Assembly: GCA_943787705.1 (NCBI GenBank)
Contig: CALSNL010000002.1
Span: 451,694-515,693, forward strand
Reading direction: 5' to 3'
Length of the DNA stretch: 64,000 nt
DNA from: an uncultured Pseudomonadales bacterium
GTDB lineage: Bacteria > Pseudomonadota > Gammaproteobacteria > Pseudomonadales > UBA7434
Shown: piece by piece, positions 42,635 to 56,411 of the stretch
Layout: each line of letters starts with the position of its first letter
Position numbering within the stretch: position 1 is the first letter of the stretch
Notes under the pieces: model-generated
Seen by the model: only the letters and a program-made list of their open reading frames with translations
The model's database searches: none
What the model was told of the DNA's origin: nothing
Position numbers and translations under genes: made by a program

Positions 42635-43279
42635 TTGGAAGTCGTTCATTTGAATAATCAGCATCATGAATTATTGCGCAGAGGAGCAGAAAAACTGTCT
42701 CTCCCAATTAGCGATAAACAAATCGATCAATTACTTCAGTTTGCTGAATTGATCCTTAAGTGGAACAAAACGCATAATTTAACGGCAATTACAAACCCTG
42801 ATGAGGTAGTAAGTAAACACTTACTTGATAGCTTAAGTGTTTGCTCGTCTTTTCCTAAAGGTAATGCATTAGATGTAGGGAGCGGTGCAGGCTTACCGGG
42901 TATTCCATTAGCCATTATTAATAGCCATCAAGATTACACACTGGTTGACTGTAGCTTAAAGAGAATTGCTTTTATAAAAGAGGTTAAAAGAAAGTTAGCG
43001 CTAACTAATGTGGCTGCTATTCATAGTCGGGTCGAAGATTTTGATGGTGGCTATTTCGATGTTATTACTAGCCGAGCGTTTAGCTCGCTAGGTAAAATGC
43101 TAGAGCAAACGCAACATTTGCTGGCTGATGATGGATGTTGGTTTGCCATGAAAGGCACGCTGCCAACAGAAGAAATTAGAGAAATGGCGGATAATTTTAA
43201 AGTACAAAAAACACTCAAACTATCGGTTCCAGGTTTAAATGCTGAAAGGCATATTATTCAAATTGGACGATCAACGTAA
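42635..43279 (+). CDS. rsmG: 16S rRNA (guanine527-N7)-methyltransferase RsmG (GidB)
   Basis: 214 aa; start uncertain, with an alternative TTG at 42650. Motifs KWNKTHNLTAI and DVGSGAGLPGIPLAI. Confidence 0.93.
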   Translation: MEVVHLNNQHHELLRRGAEKLSLPISDKQIDQLLQFAELILKWNKTHNLTAITNPDEVVSKHLLDSLSVCSSFPKGNALDVGSGAGLPGIPLAIINSHQDYTLVDCSLKRIAFIKEVKRKLALTNVAAIHSRVEDFDGGYFDVITSRAFSSLGKMLEQTQHLLADDGCWFAMKGTLPTEEIREMADNFKVQKTLKLSVPGLNAERHIIQIGRST

Positions 43280-43457
43280 ATAATAAATTGGCTCTATTCG
43301 ATATAAATACAATTACGGCTGGCGTTTTTTCCCTCAAACCATCGATAATAGCAACTGACATGGCGGCTGATTCAGATAGCCGATAATATGGCAGAAAGAA
43401 GATGGTCAATTCAGTGATGACTTTCAGACATAGCTGCACAAAACTCCGGATACGATT

Positions 43458-44246
43458 TTGGCTAGAATTTTTGCGATAAGTAATCAGAAAGGTGGTGTTG
43501 GTAAAACAACCACTACCGTGAATCTTGCTGCCTCGCTTGCGGCAACAAAAAGACGTATTTTATTAGTTGATCTTGATCCGCAAGGTAATGCCACAATGGG
43601 TTGTGGTATTGAGAAGAATGATCGCGAATTAACTTTGTATGATCTGCTTCTGCAAAACACATCCGTTGAGCAAGTTGTTTGTTATAGCGAGTCGGGAAAA
43701 TTTGATGTACTGCCATCAAATGGAGATCTCACCGCCGCGGAAGTTGAGTTGTTAAATGTTCCTAATAAGGAATATGTCCTCTCTGAAATATTAAACAGTG
43801 TTCGAGATCAATACGATTTTATCTTAATTGACTGCCCCCCCTCTTTGAGTATGTTAACGGTTAATGCCATGGCAGCAGCTGACGGCGTTATTATTCCGAT
43901 TCAATGCGAGTACTATGCCTTGGAAGGTTTGTCAGCGTTAATGAACACCATTGCTAGAGTCGCTGATTCCATTAACCCTAATATTATTATTGAGGGTTTA
44001 TTGAGAACGATGTATGACCCGCGCAACAGTTTGACCAATGATGTATCGGATCAGCTAATGCAGCATTTTGGCGAGCGGGTTTATCGAACCGTTATTCCTC
44101 GCAATGTTAGATTAGCTGAAGCTCCCAGCTATGGGCAGCCGGTATTGGCTTATGATCGTCAATCTAAGGGTGCGGTGGCTTACTTAGCACTAGCAGGTGA
44201 GCTGCTTCGTCGTGAAGAGGCCAGAAAGCCTTTAGATAGCTTTTAG
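43458..44246 (+). CDS. parA: chromosome partitioning ATPase ParA (Soj)
   Basis: 262 aa with a TTG start. Deviant Walker A NQKGGVGKTTT. DCPPSL. Confidence 0.95.
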   Translation: MARIFAISNQKGGVGKTTTTVNLAASLAATKRRILLVDLDPQGNATMGCGIEKNDRELTLYDLLLQNTSVEQVVCYSESGKFDVLPSNGDLTAAEVELLNVPNKEYVLSEILNSVRDQYDFILIDCPPSLSMLTVNAMAAADGVIIPIQCEYYALEGLSALMNTIARVADSINPNIIIEGLLRTMYDPRNSLTNDVSDQLMQHFGERVYRTVIPRNVRLAEAPSYGQPVLAYDRQSKGAVAYLALAGELLRREEARKPLDSF

Positions 44247-44330
44247 ATAACTCTAATCCTGTATCAAGCTATAACCCACAAGAGTTCAGCTTTATTCATT
44301 TCAATAGCAAATAATTTAGGCGCAACAATA

Positions 44331-45359
44331 ATGGCAATAAAAAAGAAAGGCTTGGGTAAAGGGTTAGATGCTTTATTAGGAGATGCTTTTAATGCCGCCT
44401 CAAAGCAGCAAAAGGTTAATACCTCGCCAAGCAACCAGCCAGCTAGAGGGTTAGCTGCTGAATTAAACCAGCTATCTAGCCGTGCGCAGCAACCGTCGAC
44501 AGCAGAAACCGATTCATTAGTAGAGAAGCCGATAGAGCCTTTAGCTGGGCAGCCAGTGTTAAAAACAGATACATTACTAGAAGTGCCTGTTGAAATGTGT
44601 CAGCGAGGCAAATATCAACCCAGACGCGATATCGATCCTAGCTCCTTAGAAGAGTTGGCAGCTTCTATTCGTAATCAAGGGGTTATGCAGCCCATTATAT
44701 TAAGGGCTGTTGCCAGTGAATCAGCCGCAGAAGCCAGTTATGAAATAATTGCTGGTGAACGACGTTGGCGTGCAGCGCAGTTAGCTGGGCTAACAACTGT
44801 TCCCGCTGTTGTGAAAGATGTACCCGATGAAGCCGCGATGGCAATGGCATTGGTAGAAAATATTCAGCGTGAAGATCTCAATTCCATGGAAGAGGCTTAT
44901 GCGCTATCCAGATTAAATCAAGAGTTTGGCCTTACACATCAACAGGTTGCTGACATTGTTGGTAAATCGAGAGCTGCGGTGTCCAACACTTTGCGCTTAA
45001 TGAGTTTACATAAAGATGTTAAGTTGCTTTTGGAAAATGGAGATTTAGAAATGGGTCATGCTAGAGCTTTATTGGGCTTAGAAGGTATGACTCAAGTCAA
45101 TACAGCGAAAGAAGTGGTCAACCGTGGTTTGAGTGTGCGCCAAACCGAAGCTCTCGTAAAAAGCGTTCAAACACCCAAAGCAGAAAAAACAACCAAAAAC
45201 GCTATCGAAGACCCGAATATTTCTCGCTTACAAACTGATTTATCAGACACTTTAGGTGTTCCTGTGTCGTTTAGTCATTCAGAAAATGGTCGAGGCAAAT
45301 TAACAATTAAATACAATAGCCTTGATGAGTTGGATGGAATTTTAGAGCATATTAAGTAA
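44331..45359 (+). CDS. parB: chromosome partitioning protein ParB (Spo0J)
   Basis: 342 aa. N-terminal KKGLGKGLDALLG, ParB box IIAGERRWRAAQLAGL, HTH GLTHQQVADIVGKSRAAVSNTLRL. Confidence 0.95.
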   Translation: MAIKKKGLGKGLDALLGDAFNAASKQQKVNTSPSNQPARGLAAELNQLSSRAQQPSTAETDSLVEKPIEPLAGQPVLKTDTLLEVPVEMCQRGKYQPRRDIDPSSLEELAASIRNQGVMQPIILRAVASESAAEASYEIIAGERRWRAAQLAGLTTVPAVVKDVPDEAAMAMALVENIQREDLNSMEEAYALSRLNQEFGLTHQQVADIVGKSRAAVSNTLRLMSLHKDVKLLLENGDLEMGHARALLGLEGMTQVNTAKEVVNRGLSVRQTEALVKSVQTPKAEKTTKNAIEDPNISRLQTDLSDTLGVPVSFSHSENGRGKLTIKYNSLDELDGILEHIK

Positions 45360-45426
45360 ACGTTAGAATTACCGTTAAAAGCCCGCTGCAAAAGGGCGAA
45401 AAAACAACAATCCCAAGCAATCTTGG

Positions 45427-45455
45427 TTGCTTCCCCTGAGTTGATTATTTATAAT
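45427..45455 (+). promoter_or_regulatory. candidate sigma70 promoter of the atp operon
   Basis: TTGCTT (45427-45432), 17 bp spacer, TATAAT (45450-45455). About 155 nt upstream of atpI. Confidence 0.45.
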
Positions 45456-45610
45456 CCGCGCCGCTTGGATCGGTACTATCTATTCACTGTGTTATTTAGT
45501 GATCGGAAACAGTGCAAAGTTGGTTGAAATGACTAATAAGGGTGGTATTTAGCTGTTTAATAGGCAGTCATAAAAATACTTAAAACCTTGTTTTAAAATA
45601 ACTTTCAGCG

Positions 45611-46039
45611 TTGCGCAATCCGTTTATGGTGAATATAAGTATAAGTAGCAAACCTCCTCTTCTTCAGCAGGTATTATTGCAGTTGCTTGCAGCAACTCTA
45701 CTATCGCTCGCTTTTAGTTGGTATCAAGATTGGGCGTGGACAACGTTAGTTGCCACGATGGTTGGGTCTTTAATAGCGACAAGCACAGGATTTTATTTTA
45801 ATTGGCGTTCATTTCAGAGTGATTTAAGCGTTAATGATGAAGCAGCAGCTCATCGTGTAGTCTCGGATGTTTATCGAGCATCAATGGCAAAAATGTTGAT
45901 GGCAGGTGTGTTGCTGGCGTTAGCTTTCCGATACGGAGATCAATTAGATAAACCTTTTTTACTGCTTGGGTTTGTTGTAATTAGTCTTTTTGGTGTGGTT
46001 TGTAATGCGTTTTTAACGCGAGCTGATGAACCGCAATAG
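45611..46039 (+). CDS. atpI: F0F1 ATP synthase protein I
   Basis: Small hydrophobic protein at the first position of the atp operon. Start uncertain: TTG at 45611 or ATG at 45626. Confidence 0.8.
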   Translation: MRNPFMVNISISSKPPLLQQVLLQLLAATLLSLAFSWYQDWAWTTLVATMVGSLIATSTGFYFNWRSFQSDLSVNDEAAAHRVVSDVYRASMAKMLMAGVLLALAFRYGDQLDKPFLLLGFVVISLFGVVCNAFLTRADEPQ

Positions 46040-46163
46040 CGCAAAAACAGCATAACAATGGTCTGTATGCGGGGTTTGAATTAATCCCAGTAAGTTGACC
46101 GGAAGCAGAAAGATTATTAGTTATACGTCATTTATTAGTACGTTATAAATATTGAGAAACTAG

Positions 46164-47048
<885 letters not shown>

Positions 47049-47124
47049 TCGACAAAGTGAATAGTCGTTACGTAAAGAGTAATGTGTAAAACAGTTTTTT
47101 ATATTTAAACATTTAAATTTTTGA

Positions 47125-47364
<240 letters not shown>

Positions 47365-47498
47365 TTTTTGTCGAAGACAAAAAGAAAACCAAACAGCCGG
47401 TCCAACTCGTTTTTGATAGTAAGGGTTTAACAAGTTTCTTTTGTTAAGCACCTTTTGTTAATACCTCCGGCTGTTCATTAATTGAAAAGGGTAATGCA

Positions 47499-47969
47499 GT
47501 GAATATTAATCTCACTTTGTTTGCGCAATTAATCAGTTTTGCGATCTTTGTATGGTTTTGTAAAAACTATGTATGGCCACCTATTATTGGTGCTATGCAA
47601 GAGCGACAAAAGCAAATTGCTGACGGCTTAAATGCCGCAGAAAAAGCAGGTCAAGATCTTGAAGATGCGCGTCAACAAGTAAAAGCACAGCTGGTTGAAG
47701 CCAAAGCGCAAGCTGCAGGTATTCTTGACCAAGCAAACAAACGTGCTGCGCAGATTGTTGATGAAGCAAAAGAGCAAGCGTTTGAAGAGGGTCTTCGCCT
47801 AAAAGGTGCAGCGCAAGCTGATATCGATCAAGAAGTGAATAGAGCGAAAGAAAAACTTCGCTCACAAGTTGCTTCTTTGGTTTTGGTTGGTGCAGAGAAA
47901 ATTCTGGAAGCGTCTATTGATGAGACCGCACATAGCGATATCGTCAACAAGCTTGCAGCCAATCTTTAA
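47499..47969 (+). CDS. atpF: F0F1 ATP synthase subunit b
   Basis: 156 aa with a GTG start. N-terminal TM followed by a long charged coiled coil. Confidence 0.93.
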   Translation: MNINLTLFAQLISFAIFVWFCKNYVWPPIIGAMQERQKQIADGLNAAEKAGQDLEDARQQVKAQLVEAKAQAAGILDQANKRAAQIVDEAKEQAFEEGLRLKGAAQADIDQEVNRAKEKLRSQVASLVLVGAEKILEASIDETAHSDIVNKLAANL

Positions 47970-47983
47970 ATCGGGAATCGGTA

Positions 47984-48520
47984 ATGGCTGAATTAAGAAC
48001 ATTAGCTCGTCCTTACGCAAAAGCGGCTTTTCAGGCTGCTGGCGAGTCAGGCGCTGTCCAACTTTGGGCAGATCAGTTAACGCTGCTTGGATCTATATCT
48101 TCTCAAGCTAAAGTTACTGACGCGATTAGTTCATCAACGATTGATGCGGTAACACAGGTGTCGACACTCACTAATTTAGCGGGTGATGATTTAAGTGTTG
48201 CTATAAACAATTTCTTGCATGTGCTCGCAAGCAATAAGCGATTATTGTTATTGCCTTCAATTGCAGAATTGTTTAATGAATTAAAAGCAGATTTAGAACG
48301 CTCTGTTGAGGTGAATATAAGCACCGCTTTTGCTTTGGATAGTGCAGTTGAAGCTAAATTAGCAGAAGCATTAAAAGATAAATTGCAGCGTGATATACGT
48401 GTACACACTGACGTCGATAAATCGTTGTTAGGTGGTGTCGTTGTTCGTGCGGGTGATATCGTTATTGATGGTTCTATTAAAGGACGAATCGCTAAGCTCG
48501 CTGAGGCGATGTCGATTTAA
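47984..48520 (+). CDS. atpH: F0F1 ATP synthase subunit delta
   Basis: 178 aa. N-terminus LARPYAKAAF. C-terminal GGVVVRAGDIVIDGSIKGRI. Confidence 0.94.
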   Translation: MAELRTLARPYAKAAFQAAGESGAVQLWADQLTLLGSISSQAKVTDAISSSTIDAVTQVSTLTNLAGDDLSVAINNFLHVLASNKRLLLLPSIAELFNELKADLERSVEVNISTAFALDSAVEAKLAEALKDKLQRDIRVHTDVDKSLLGGVVVRAGDIVIDGSIKGRIAKLAEAMSI

Positions 48521-48605
48521 GTAACATATTTTAATTTGGGTTATAGAGCGGCTTTTAGATTCGCCGTTTATTAAGTAATGAATTTGTAGGTTTGAGGAAT
48601 AGACA

Positions 48606-50150
48606 ATGCAACAGCTGAATCCATCTGAGATTAGCGAGATTATCAAACAGCGTATTGATCAACTGGATATTTCCAGTGAAGCGCGCAATGAAGGCACAGT
48701 GGTTTCCGTAACTGACGGCATCATTCGAATTCACGGTCTAGCCGATGCTATGTACGGTGAGATGATCGAATTTGAAGGCGGCATATACGGTTTGGCGCTT
48801 AACCTTGAGCGTGACTCTGTTGGTGCGGTAATTCTTGGTGACTATAAAAGTATTGCGGAAGGTCAATCTTGTCGCTGTACGGGTCGTATTCTTGAAGTAC
48901 CTGTTGGTCCTGAATTACAAGGTCGTGTTGTTGATGCGCTTGGTAATCCAATTGACGGCAAAGGTCCTATTGAAGCAAAAGAAACTGATGCTATAGAAAA
49001 AGTTGCGCCAGGTGTTATCGCCAGACAATCGGTTGATCAGCCTGTGCAAATTGGCCTAAAAGCCGTTGATGCCATGGTGCCAATTGGTCGTGGTCAACGT
49101 GAATTAATCATCGGTGACCGTCAGGTCGGTAAAACAGCGATTGCTGTTGATGCCATCATCAACCAAAAAGGTAAAGGCATTAAGTGTGTCTATGTTGCCA
49201 TTGGTCAGAAAGCCGCTTCTGTAAATGCAGTGGTTCGTAAGCTTGAAGAGCACGGCGCAATGGAACATACCATTGTTGTTGCTGCAACAGCTTCTGATCC
49301 TGCGGCGATGCAGTTTTTAGCACCGTTTGCCGGTTGTACCATGGGTGAATACTACCGTGACCGCGGCGAAGATGCGTTAATCATTTATGATGATTTAACC
49401 AAGCAGGCTTGGGCTTATCGTCAAATTTCTTTACTACTTCGTCGACCACCAGGTCGTGAAGCTTATCCTGGTGACGTCTTCTATTTGCACTCACGTTTAT
49501 TAGAGCGTGCCGCTCGTGTAAATGCAGAGCATGTAGAGCAAATCACTAATGGTGCTATTAAAGGTAAGACGGGTTCTTTAACAGCATTACCTATCATCGA
49601 AACACAAGCAGGTGACGTATCGGCTTTTGTACCGACTAACGTTATCTCTATTACTGATGGCCAGATTTTCTTAGACACTGATTTATTCAATGCGGGTGTT
49701 CGTCCAGCAATGAACGCTGGTATTTCTGTATCACGAGTGGGTGGTGCAGCACAGACTAAGATCATTAAGAAACTATCTGGTGGTATTCGTACTGCGTTAG
49801 CGCAATATCGTGAGCTTGCAGCCTTTTCTCAGTTTGCTTCTGATCTCGATGACGCGACTAAAGCTCAGCTTGATCACGGTGAGCGTGTTACTGAATTAAT
49901 GAAGCAAAAACAGTATGCGCCTCAGTCAATTGCTGAAATGGCATTATTGATTTATGCAGCAGATAACGGCTTTCTTAACGACGTAACCGTTGAAAAAATT
50001 GGTGATTTCGAAGATGCCTTACTTTCTTATTCTCATTCAGAGCACGGCGCCTTGCTAGAAAAAATAGCAACTGACGGCGGTTGGGATAAAGATACTGAAG
50101 CATCCTTTAAGTCATTGTTAGAGAGCTTCAAGTCTACACAGACTTGGTAG
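48606..50150 (+). CDS. atpA: F0F1 ATP synthase subunit alpha
   Basis: 514 aa. Walker [12 protein letters not shown]. Confidence 0.98.
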   Translation: MQQLNPSEISEIIKQRIDQLDISSEARNEGTVVSVTDGIIRIHGLADAMYGEMIEFEGGIYGLALNLERDSVGAVILGDYKSIAEGQSCRCTGRILEVPVGPELQGRVVDALGNPIDGKGPIEAKETDAIEKVAPGVIARQSVDQPVQIGLKAVDAMVPIGRGQRELIIGDRQVGKTAIAVDAIINQKGKGIKCVYVAIGQKAASVNAVVRKLEEHGAMEHTIVVAATASDPAAMQFLAPFAGCTMGEYYRDRGEDALIIYDDLTKQAWAYRQISLLLRRPPGREAYPGDVFYLHSRLLERAARVNAEHVEQITNGAIKGKTGSLTALPIIETQAGDVSAFVPTNVISITDGQIFLDTDLFNAGVRPAMNAGISVSRVGGAAQTKIIKKLSGGIRTALAQYRELAAFSQFASDLDDATKAQLDHGERVTELMKQKQYAPQSIAEMALLIYAADNGFLNDVTVEKIGDFEDALLSYSHSEHGALLEKIATDGGWDKDTEASFKSLLESFKSTQTW

Positions 50151-50183
50151 TTAACTATTAAACGCAAACGTAAAGAGTAAAAC

Positions 50184-51047
50184 ATGGCTAGCGGCAAAGA
50201 GATACGGACGCAGATTACCAGTATCAAAAGCACTCAAAAAATTACGAGTGCAATGGAAATGGTGGCTGCGAGCAAAATGCGTAAAGCGCAAGAGCGAATG
50301 CAAAAAGGTAAGCCTTATTCCAAACGGATTAAGTCGGTTATTGGCCATCTTGCAAATTCGACGCCTGAATATCGCCATATGTTTATGGAACAGCGTGAAA
50401 TAAAGCGCGTTGGATATATTGTTGTTTCTACAGACCGTGGTTTATGCGGTGGCTTGAACATTAACTTGTTTAAACAAGCTATAGCAAGCATGAAAGAGTA
50501 TTCCGATAAAAATATAGATGTTGATTTATGTTTAGTCGGCGCTAAGGGTGCTAGCTTCTTTAATTCTTATGGAGGCAACGTTGTTGCAGCCGTTCGTGAT
50601 TTAGGCGAAGACCCAGCGGTAATCGATTTAATTGGCAGCATTAAAGTGATGCTCGATGCCTATGAAGAAGGCACCATTGATCGTTTATATATTGTAAATA
50701 ACGAATTTGTAAACACGATGACTCAGCAGCCAGAAGTGGAGCAGTTATTACCACTAAGTTCTGATGATGATGAATCAATGCAACACCATTGGGATTATAT
50801 TTATGAGCCCGATGCAAAAGATTTACTTGATGGCTTATTGGTTCGATATATCGAAGCGTTAGTTTATCAAGCAGTAGTAGAAAACGGGGCCTGTGAGCAA
50901 GCCGCACGAATGATTGCAATGAAAAGCGCAACCGACAATGCTGGTGACCTTATTGATGATTTACAGTTGGTGTACAACAAAGCACGCCAATCAGCGATTA
51001 CCCAAGAACTTTCAGAAATTGTTAGTGGTGCCGCAGCAATTAGTTAA
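50184..51047 (+). CDS. atpG: F0F1 ATP synthase subunit gamma
   Basis: 287 aa. [23 protein letters not shown]...[19 protein letters not shown]. Confidence 0.97.
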   Translation: MASGKEIRTQITSIKSTQKITSAMEMVAASKMRKAQERMQKGKPYSKRIKSVIGHLANSTPEYRHMFMEQREIKRVGYIVVSTDRGLCGGLNINLFKQAIASMKEYSDKNIDVDLCLVGAKGASFFNSYGGNVVAAVRDLGEDPAVIDLIGSIKVMLDAYEEGTIDRLYIVNNEFVNTMTQQPEVEQLLPLSSDDDESMQHHWDYIYEPDAKDLLDGLLVRYIEALVYQAVVENGACEQAARMIAMKSATDNAGDLIDDLQLVYNKARQSAITQELSEIVSGAAAIS

Positions 51048-51092
51048 GTGGTGCATTGAGCAATTTTTATTAAAACAGTTAAAAGCATTTAA

Positions 51093-52508
<1,416 letters not shown>

Positions 52509-52551
52509 TCTGAATTATAGATAAGCAAAGATAGAAGGCGGGATATAAAGA

Positions 52552-52974
52552 ATGGCAAGTATTCAATGTGACATCGTTAGTGCCGAGGAATCCATTTTCT
52601 CTGGCTCTGTCAAAATGATTATCGCTACAGGTTTGCTGGGAGACTTAGGTATCTCAGCAGGTCACTCACCGTTACTGACCGGCTTAAAACCTGGTCCAGT
52701 ACGTGTGATTAATGAAAACGATGATGAGCAAGTTTTTTATGTTTCTGGTGGCTTTTTAGAAGTTCAGCCCAGCGCTATCACCGTTTTGGCTGATACTGCG
52801 GTTCGTGCTGAAGATCTTGATGAAGCAGCAACACTAGAAGCACAGAAACAGGCTGAGCAAGATATTGATAACCCGAGTGGCGACATTAACTACTCACTTG
52901 CGGCCTCTGAGCTCGCTGCAGCCGTCGCTCAACTTAGAACGATCCGTTCAATTAAGAAAAAGTTAGGTAAATAA
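52552..52974 (+). CDS. atpC: F0F1 ATP synthase subunit epsilon
   Basis: 140 aa in the last position of the atp operon. Motifs GISAGHSPLLT and FYVSGGFLEVQP. Confidence 0.95.
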   Translation: MASIQCDIVSAEESIFSGSVKMIIATGLLGDLGISAGHSPLLTGLKPGPVRVINENDDEQVFYVSGGFLEVQPSAITVLADTAVRAEDLDEAATLEAQKQAEQDIDNPSGDINYSLAASELAAAVAQLRTIRSIKKKLGK

Positions 52975-53000
52975 CCACTTTTTTCAAATTGGTAAGCCAA

Positions 53001-53027
53001 AAAAGGGTAGCAACTGCTACCCTTTTT
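53001..53027 (+). terminator. rho-independent terminator after atpC
   Basis: AAAA, then GGGTAGC (53005-53011), loop AACT, GCTACCC (53016-53022), then TTTTT (53023-53027). The A-tract upstream makes it potentially bidirectional. Confidence 0.8.
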
Positions 53028-53096
53028 AGTATGCATAAGATATTGTTGTGCAAAAAATAACCAGTTATAGTTTTCTTCAAAAAAACAGGTCTTCTT

Positions 53097-54476
53097 TTGA
53101 ATATTGATGTTGTGATTCTCGCTGCCGGACAGGGCAGTCGTATGCGCTCTAATAAACCCAAGGTTTTACATGCCATTGGCGGAAAGCCCATGGTGCAACA
53201 TGTCATTGATGCTGCAAAAGCGTTAGGTGATGTCAAAGTCCATATTGTTGTTGGACACGGTGCTGATCAAGTTCAAGCTAATTTAGGCGCAGACAGTCGA
53301 TACAGTGATTGCCAGTACATTGAGCAGCAAGAACAGCTAGGTACAGCGCATGCTGTGCTCCAAGTGCTACCGGCATTAACGTCTGGCTCAAAAACCCTTA
53401 TTCTTTACGGCGATGTGCCGTTAATTAAGACGGAAACACTTCGTGCAATGCTAGAAGCCGTCAACGAGACTTCTATGGCCGTTTTGACGGCCTCACTTGA
53501 TGATGCCACTGGCTATGGCCGTATTGTCCGTAATGATCATAACGAAGTCTTATCGATCGTTGAGCATAAAGATGCTAAAACGGATCAACTAGCGATTAAT
53601 GAAATCAATACCGGCATTATGTGTATCCCGCAAAGCTGTTTAGCAAAGTGGCTACCCAATATTGGTAACGATAATGCGCAAAAAGAATATTATTTACCTG
53701 ATGTTATCGCTATGTCAGTTAACGATGGTGTGGCAATTAATACGCCCAGTCCGCAATCCTTATTTGAAATACAAGGTGTTAATAACCGTCTGCAACTTGC
53801 CGAACTCGAGCGTGAATTTCAACGTGAGCAGGCAAATAAGCTGATGATAGAAGGGGCGACATTGTCTGATCCTGCCCGTGTTGATATCCGAGGCAATGTT
53901 ACCGTAGGCCAAGATGTCTATATTGATATTAACGCCGTATTCCGAGGTGAAGTTGTTATAGGTGCTAATGTTAGCATTGGTCCTAACTGCGTCATCACTA
54001 ATGCATCGATTGCTGAAGGCAGTAATATTTTAGCGAACAGTGTTATAGAAGATGCTGTGATTGGTAAAGATTGTAATATTGGGCCTTTCGCAAGACTCCG
54101 ACCCGGTGCAAACCTTGCTGATGGATGCAAAGTGGGTAACTTTGTTGAAATTAAAAATGCACAGCTTGGTGATGGTAGTAAGGTGAATCATCTTTCTTAT
54201 GTGGGTGATGCTGAAATTGGTACAGACACCAACATTGGTGCAGGAACCATTACTTGCAATTACGATGGTGCTAATAAATTCAAAACCGTGATGGGTAACA
54301 ATGTATTTGTCGGTTCGAACAGTACTTTAGTGGCGCCTGTAGAAATTGCTGACGGTGGATTTGTCGCAGCGGGATCAACCGTTACACAAACTGTACCTGC
54401 AAATAATTTAGCGGTCGGTCGTGGTAGACAAAGAAATATAACGGGTTGGAAAAAACCGGTTAAGAAAAAATCATAA
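53097..54476 (+). CDS. glmU: bifunctional UDP-N-acetylglucosamine pyrophosphorylase / glucosamine-1-phosphate N-acetyltransferase
   Basis: 459 aa with a TTG start. [19 protein letters not shown]-terminal hexapeptide repeats. Confidence 0.96.
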   Translation: MNIDVVILAAGQGSRMRSNKPKVLHAIGGKPMVQHVIDAAKALGDVKVHIVVGHGADQVQANLGADSRYSDCQYIEQQEQLGTAHAVLQVLPALTSGSKTLILYGDVPLIKTETLRAMLEAVNETSMAVLTASLDDATGYGRIVRNDHNEVLSIVEHKDAKTDQLAINEINTGIMCIPQSCLAKWLPNIGNDNAQKEYYLPDVIAMSVNDGVAINTPSPQSLFEIQGVNNRLQLAELEREFQREQANKLMIEGATLSDPARVDIRGNVTVGQDVYIDINAVFRGEVVIGANVSIGPNCVITNASIAEGSNILANSVIEDAVIGKDCNIGPFARLRPGANLADGCKVGNFVEIKNAQLGDGSKVNHLSYVGDAEIGTDTNIGAGTITCNYDGANKFKTVMGNNVFVGSNSTLVAPVEIADGGFVAAGSTVTQTVPANNLAVGRGRQRNITGWKKPVKKKS

Positions 54477-54516
54477 TCTATTTTATAGTAAAAAAACAAA
54501 TCAGCGGAAAATCAAT

Positions 54517-56349
54517 ATGTGTGGAATAGTGGGTGCTGTAGCGCAGCGAGATATCGCAGCGATATTATTAGAAGGCTTAAAGCGTTTAGAGTATCGCGGT
54601 TATGATTCTGCCGGTCTTTCGGTAACTGATAAACAAGGCATTAATCAGCGAATTCGTCGAGTAGGTAAAGTGCAAGCATTAGCTGATGCAGTTGCTGAAG
54701 CTGGCGCGCAAGGCGGTACTGGTATTGCACATACACGTTGGGCGACGCATGGCGAGCCTAATGAAAATAATGCTCACCCACATTTATCGAATGAGCGTAT
54801 TACCATTGTTCACAACGGCATTATAGAAAACCACGAAGATTTAAGAGTTTCGCTAACAGCAAAAGGTTATGCTTTTGTTACTGATACTGACAGCGAAGTG
54901 ATTTGCCATTTAATTAATGAAGAATTAAAAAGTGCTGATTCGTTAGTAGCGGCAGTACAAAAGGCGGTTGTTCAACTTGATGGTGCTTACGGTACTGTTG
55001 TTATGGACAATAACGATCCTGATAGATTAGTGGTTGCAAGATCGGGTAGCCCACTGGTTATTGGTTACGGCATTGGCGAACACTTTGTTGCCTCTGATCA
55101 ATTAGCCTTATTACCGGTAACGCGTCGCTTTGCATTTCTTGAAGAAGGTGATGTTGCAGAAATAACACGTTCAGAAGTTAAAATTTTTGATTGTGATGGC
55201 ACGCCTGTAGAGCGTGAAATTACAGAATCAACAATTAGTCATGATACCGGTGACAAGGGTACTTTTCGTCACTATATGCTTAAAGAAACGTATGAGCAGC
55301 CAATTGCGATTCAGCGAACATTGGAAGGTCGGCTAGAAGCGGGTAAAGTTTTAGATCGATCTTTTGGTGAATCAGCCGAAAAGTTATTACCCAATGTTGA
55401 GCATGTACAAATTATTGCTTGCGGTACCAGTTACCACGCAGGTATGACAGCGCGTTATTGGTTTGAAGAATTTGCCGGCGTGTCGTGTAATGTAGAAATT
55501 GCATCAGAGTATCGCTATAGAAAATCGTTTGTTCGTCCTAATAGTTTATTAGTGACTATCTCGCAGTCGGGTGAAACAGCAGATACACTAGCGGCATTGC
55601 GTTTAGCTCAGCAACAAAATTATATGACTAGCCTGACGATTTGTAATGCGCCAGGTTCTTCACTAGTACGTGAATCAGATATGGCTTATATGATGGAGGC
55701 CGGTGTTGAAATCGGTGTTGCATCAACAAAAGCGTTCACCGTGCAGTTAACCGGTTTAATAATGTTAGCAACAGCCATTGGCCATCACAAAAATTTATCG
55801 TCAGAAGCTGAAGCGAAAATTGTGCAAGCCTTGCAAAGCCTGCCAACAAAAATAGAGCAAGCCCTTGCAATGGATGCGGATATTGAAGTGTTAGCAGAAG
55901 ATTTTGCAGATAAGCATCACAGCTTATTTCTAGGCCGTGGTGATCAATACCCGATTGCAATGGAAGGAGCGCTTAAGTTAAAAGAGATTTCTTATATTCA
56001 TGCCGAAGCTTATGCGGCGGGTGAATTAAAGCATGGGCCACTAGCGTTAATTGATGCTGATATGCCGGTTATTGTTGTTGCGCCGAATAATGAATTGGTT
56101 GAAAAATTAAAATCGAATGTTGAAGAAGTGCGTGCGCGTGGCGGATTGATGTATGTATTTGCTGATAAAGCAGCATCATTTAAATCGGACGATACAATGA
56201 AGGTATTACATGTGCCAAGTTGTGATCCATTATTAGCGCCAATTATTTATACCATCCCACTTCAATTGCTGTCTTATCATGTTGCGATTATTAAGGGGAC
56301 TGATGTTGATCAGCCTCGTAATTTGGCTAAGTCGGTTACGGTGGAGTAA
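54517..56349 (+). CDS. glmS: glutamine--fructose-6-phosphate aminotransferase
   Basis: 610 aa. MCGIVGAV N-terminal nucleophile. SIS domains. C-terminal KSVTVE. Confidence 0.98.
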   Translation: MCGIVGAVAQRDIAAILLEGLKRLEYRGYDSAGLSVTDKQGINQRIRRVGKVQALADAVAEAGAQGGTGIAHTRWATHGEPNENNAHPHLSNERITIVHNGIIENHEDLRVSLTAKGYAFVTDTDSEVICHLINEELKSADSLVAAVQKAVVQLDGAYGTVVMDNNDPDRLVVARSGSPLVIGYGIGEHFVASDQLALLPVTRRFAFLEEGDVAEITRSEVKIFDCDGTPVEREITESTISHDTGDKGTFRHYMLKETYEQPIAIQRTLEGRLEAGKVLDRSFGESAEKLLPNVEHVQIIACGTSYHAGMTARYWFEEFAGVSCNVEIASEYRYRKSFVRPNSLLVTISQSGETADTLAALRLAQQQNYMTSLTICNAPGSSLVRESDMAYMMEAGVEIGVASTKAFTVQLTGLIMLATAIGHHKNLSSEAEAKIVQALQSLPTKIEQALAMDADIEVLAEDFADKHHSLFLGRGDQYPIAMEGALKLKEISYIHAEAYAAGELKHGPLALIDADMPVIVVAPNNELVEKLKSNVEEVRARGGLMYVFADKAASFKSDDTMKVLHVPSCDPLLAPIIYTIPLQLLSYHVAIIKGTDVDQPRNLAKSVTVE

Positions 56350-56411
56350 GTTTTTATAAGCTTGCGCCTAGAGACGATGGGTTTTTTAGGTTTATCGTTT
56401 TATTAGGTGCC

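Noticed and set aside
45360-45410. Hairpin GCCC-GCTGCAAAA-GGGC after parB, considered as a rho-independent terminator
   Set aside because: The stem is only 4 bp. On the plus strand it is followed by an A-run rather than a T-run. The T-run is on the minus strand, where no gene needs terminating. This is too weak to annotate.
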